NCBI RefSeq assembly: GCF_001194135.2
Contig: NC_068983.1
Location: 18,437,939-18,478,415, forward strand
Direction of reading: 5' to 3'
Source: Octopus bimaculoides
Taxonomy: Eukaryota
Length of the DNA stretch: 40,477 bases
Shown here: positions 37,042 to 40,477 of the stretch, piece after piece
Numbering within the stretch: position 1 is the first letter of the stretch
How the letters are laid out: every line of letters starts with the position of its first letter
Made by a program: the position numbers and the translations under genes
The notes under the pieces: generated by a model
The model's database searches: none
What the model saw: the letters and a program-made list of their open reading frames with translations, nothing else
What the model was told of the DNA's origin: nothing

Positions 37042-37574
37042 TACGAGGTGTGTTCCATACGCATCGAGACTTTTCCGAGAGAGGCAGTTATAACTGTCCT
37101 AGATTATAATAACTTTCACTGTGTCATTATTATTCATCTAATGAGCTGACTTGCCAAATCAACATTTTTTAACACCAGATAGCAGCAGTTTGTTTCAGCT
37201 ATTTGAACTCACTCTATTAACAACTGCTTGTAACATTTCCATCTTTGTAACCAAAACATAGGCATCAAAAGCGTCCCTCAGCCTCCTAAAGTTCAGATCT
37301 TTCTTCCTGTGACATTCCATTTACCCCTCAAGCTGAATTTAGAATATCCGGAACAGTTTACTTTAAAGACATTGAGAAGATGGAGGCTGTGATAAGGGCC
37401 CTGGAACCTTCATTTTGGAGGATTTCTATGGAGTTTTCACCAAGTGTATGGAGCGTTACATGAAGTGCATTACAGTCGGAGTTTTCGAGTTGTGAAAGGG
37501 ATTATAGTTTTGTACTCCTTTGAATTGAATGTCTCTCCTGGACAAGTGTCAAAACGTTTGGAATATACCTCATC
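37042..37574 (+). mobile_element. Internally deleted mariner (Tc1/mariner) transposon
   Basis: 5' TA-CGAGGTGTGTTCCA and 3' TGGAATATACCTCATC (12/16 inverted match). Transposase C-terminal remnants SSDLSSCD (37290-37313; cf. SPDLAPCD) and EDFYGVFTKCMERYMKCITVGVFE (37418-37489; cf. RWxKCIxxxGxYFE). Confidence 0.75.
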
Positions 37575-37703
37575 TATAGTCTTACATTCATACTTTCATT
37601 CACGTACTGACTTCTACTTTGTTAACTGCTACTGATATTCCACTGGTATATATGTGTATATATCTACATACAATCAGACATTTGTATATACGTCCATGTA
37701 TAT

Positions 37704-37737
<34 letters not shown>

Positions 37738-38098
37738 ATAGATAAATATATATATATATANNNNNNNNNNNNNNNNNNNNNNNNNNNNNNNNNNNNNNNN
37801 NNNNNNNNNNNNNNNNNNNNNNNNNNNNNNNNNNNNNNNNNNNNNNNNNNNNNNNNNNNNNNNNNNNNNNNNNNNNNNNNNNNNNNNNNNNNNNNNNNNN
37901 NNNNNNNNNNNNNNNNNNNNNNNNNNNNNNNNNNNNNNNNNNNNNNNNNNNNNNNNNNNNNNNNNNNNNNNNNNNNNNNNNNNNNNNNNNNNNNNNNNNN
38001 NNNNNNNNNNNNNNNNNNNNNNNNNNNNNNNNNNNNNNNNNNNNNNNNNNNNNNNNNNNNNNNNNNNNNNNNNNNNNNNNNNNNNNNNNNNNNNNNNN

Positions 38099-38135
<37 letters not shown>

Positions 38136-38152
38136 TATGTATGTATGTATGA

Positions 38153-38184
<32 letters not shown>

Positions 38185-39094
38185 GAAAGGCATAATTTCT
38201 TTTAATAGTAATACTTCGAAATATATTTTATTTGTCAACATTTCTACTGTTATATGCGTATATTTTGTGTGTATAAATATGTAGACAACTGAAAGAACAG
38301 ACTGACAGATTCATACATACATACATAGATACATACATACATGCATACATACATAGAGTGATTGATGGATAGATAGAAAGACACACAAACAGACAGATTG
38401 GTGGATACATACGTAGTTCTACAGATAGATACATATATATAGATATTTGATAGACTTTTTATGTCAATTATTTCATATTGTTTAGATTTAATTGAGACAG
38501 TTGTTTAATTGTTATCTTATTCCAATTTTCGTTATCCTCCAGTTATGAAATAGCTTGCATAATGATATTTCTTCCGAAATATTTCCGTTCGTTTTGAGCG
38601 AAAGCAATGGTTTATTACTAAAACATTTCAAGTATTCTGCAATATAACTATAAAAATATAATATCTAAAAGTATCTTCAATAGTATATCAATATTATTTG
38701 AAAAATAATTTTTTTATATAATCCGACAAAAACATTTATGAGAATAATGATGTATTTATTTCATTTATCTGTGAATAATCTATTTTACCTTCTATTACCC
38801 TATTTACGGATCGAAATAACTGCAGAACTCCGTACACATATATGAGTCCCGTTATGAACATAGGTAAATGAGAAGTGTATATGGATTTATTGAAATGCAG
38901 ATATGGTCCCGGATTTATTTCATATGAAAATTAATACCAGTTAAGAATGTTAAAGTATTATTTTGATCTGTGTTTTCTAGACTTTAGCCCGCACAACGAA
39001 CAATTGAGTTTATACGCATGTTTAATGACAAGCCTGTAGTTACTGGAGATTGGTATATCAGTATTTTCACATTGAGATAAGAAACATACATACG

Positions 39095-39138
<44 letters not shown>

Positions 39139-39308
39139 NNNNNNNNNNNNNNNNNNNNNNNNNNNNNNNNNNNNNNNNNNNNNNNNNNNNNNNNNNNNNN
39201 NNNNNNNNNNNNNNNNNNNNNNNNNNNNNNNNNNNNNNNNNNNNNNNNNNNNNNNNNNNNNNNNNNNNNNNNNNNNNNNNNNNNNNNNNNNNNNNNNNNN
39301 NNNNNNNN

Positions 39309-39341
<33 letters not shown>

Positions 39342-39843
39342 CATTATTTTACATAATTACAAATACATTTTGGTTATATTGCCATGCACTAAAACCGAAC
39401 ATCCTAAAATATTTTAAAGAACTGATTATACAATGACAAATCACTTATCCTCTACTAGATTGTATTATCATGACGAAAACAGAGAAAAAAATTATTATTT
39501 TATGGAAGACGAGATAATGTGAATTGTGTTCGGAGAAAATACTACTGCCAGCAAAATTAATATACATATTTTTCAAGACGGTTTTTCAGAAAACTAGTTA
39601 TACTGAAATCGCATTACCTAATGAAATCATCACCCATGTACGATATCAGATACGAACTCCCCAAAGGAAATAGAATGTGTAGCGAAATCGAAAATAATAT
39701 CAGTATTGGTAAATTTGATAGAAAATGGGCAAATGAGAACTTATATGGGAAGTGATAGAAAATAAAACAAATACGTTCAGATAGCATTACCTAGTACAGG
39801 AAAAGGTAAAGAATACCTCTGCTCACATAGACATTTCCACATA

Positions 39844-39896
39844 TTTTAGTCAAAATAATGTTTTAGCCAAAATAATATTTAGCCAAAATAATGTTT
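39844..39896. repeat. Three copies of a ~16-17-bp unit (TTTTAGCCAAAATAATG)
   Basis: Direct. Confidence 0.85.
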
Positions 39897-40227
39897 GGAA
39901 AGAACACAAAGCAATATAACGTTTGAATATTTGAATCATAAACTAATGTGTTTAAATGTGAAAATATTCCCATGCCCATATGGGAGCTAGATATGATAAA
40001 GAAGAACGTGATCAAAAATATTAAACATACCATTGATAATACTTTCCAATTTACTCTCCCTCACCTTCATATGGTCAATGCAATGCTCACACTATGACGC
40101 CTTCCTTCCAAGCACTTCTGTAAACAGCAGAAGCGAGCTAAAACGTTAAAACTTATTGTGCACGCATAGCAGGGTCCACTGTTGATCTGTGCCAAGTGGC
40201 CTTACTCTGCGTGCTTCAGCTTCGTTA

Positions 40228-40477
<250 letters not shown>

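Overview
Eukaryotic, AT-rich, microsatellite-saturated draft sequence with 14 N-gaps, each flanked by simple repeats. The SINEs and the repeat load suggest a coleoid cephalopod, most likely Octopus (inference from recognised repeat types, not a database hit). I find no confidently supportable host protein-coding gene, rRNA, functional tRNA or CRISPR array. Every long ORF in the supplied track comes from N-gaps or microsatellites. The window is mostly intergenic/intronic DNA with decayed mobile elements: tRNA-derived SINEs (two with clear target-site duplications), two Dong/R4-like RT relics, an RTE relic, CR1/L2 3' ends, Penelope-like fragments, a tandem/inverted array of a ~700-bp pLTR-like repeat, a Helentron-type non-autonomous element and an internally deleted mariner. 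The least explained structure is a ~800-bp CpG-rich cassette at 8079-8872. It is built from two units in a nested inverted layout (B'-A-B-A'-B), is flanked by a 10-bp direct repeat, and each B unit carries a TATA box followed by small hairpins. All protein-motif assignments were made by eye on degenerate sequence and need HMM/BLAST confirmation.
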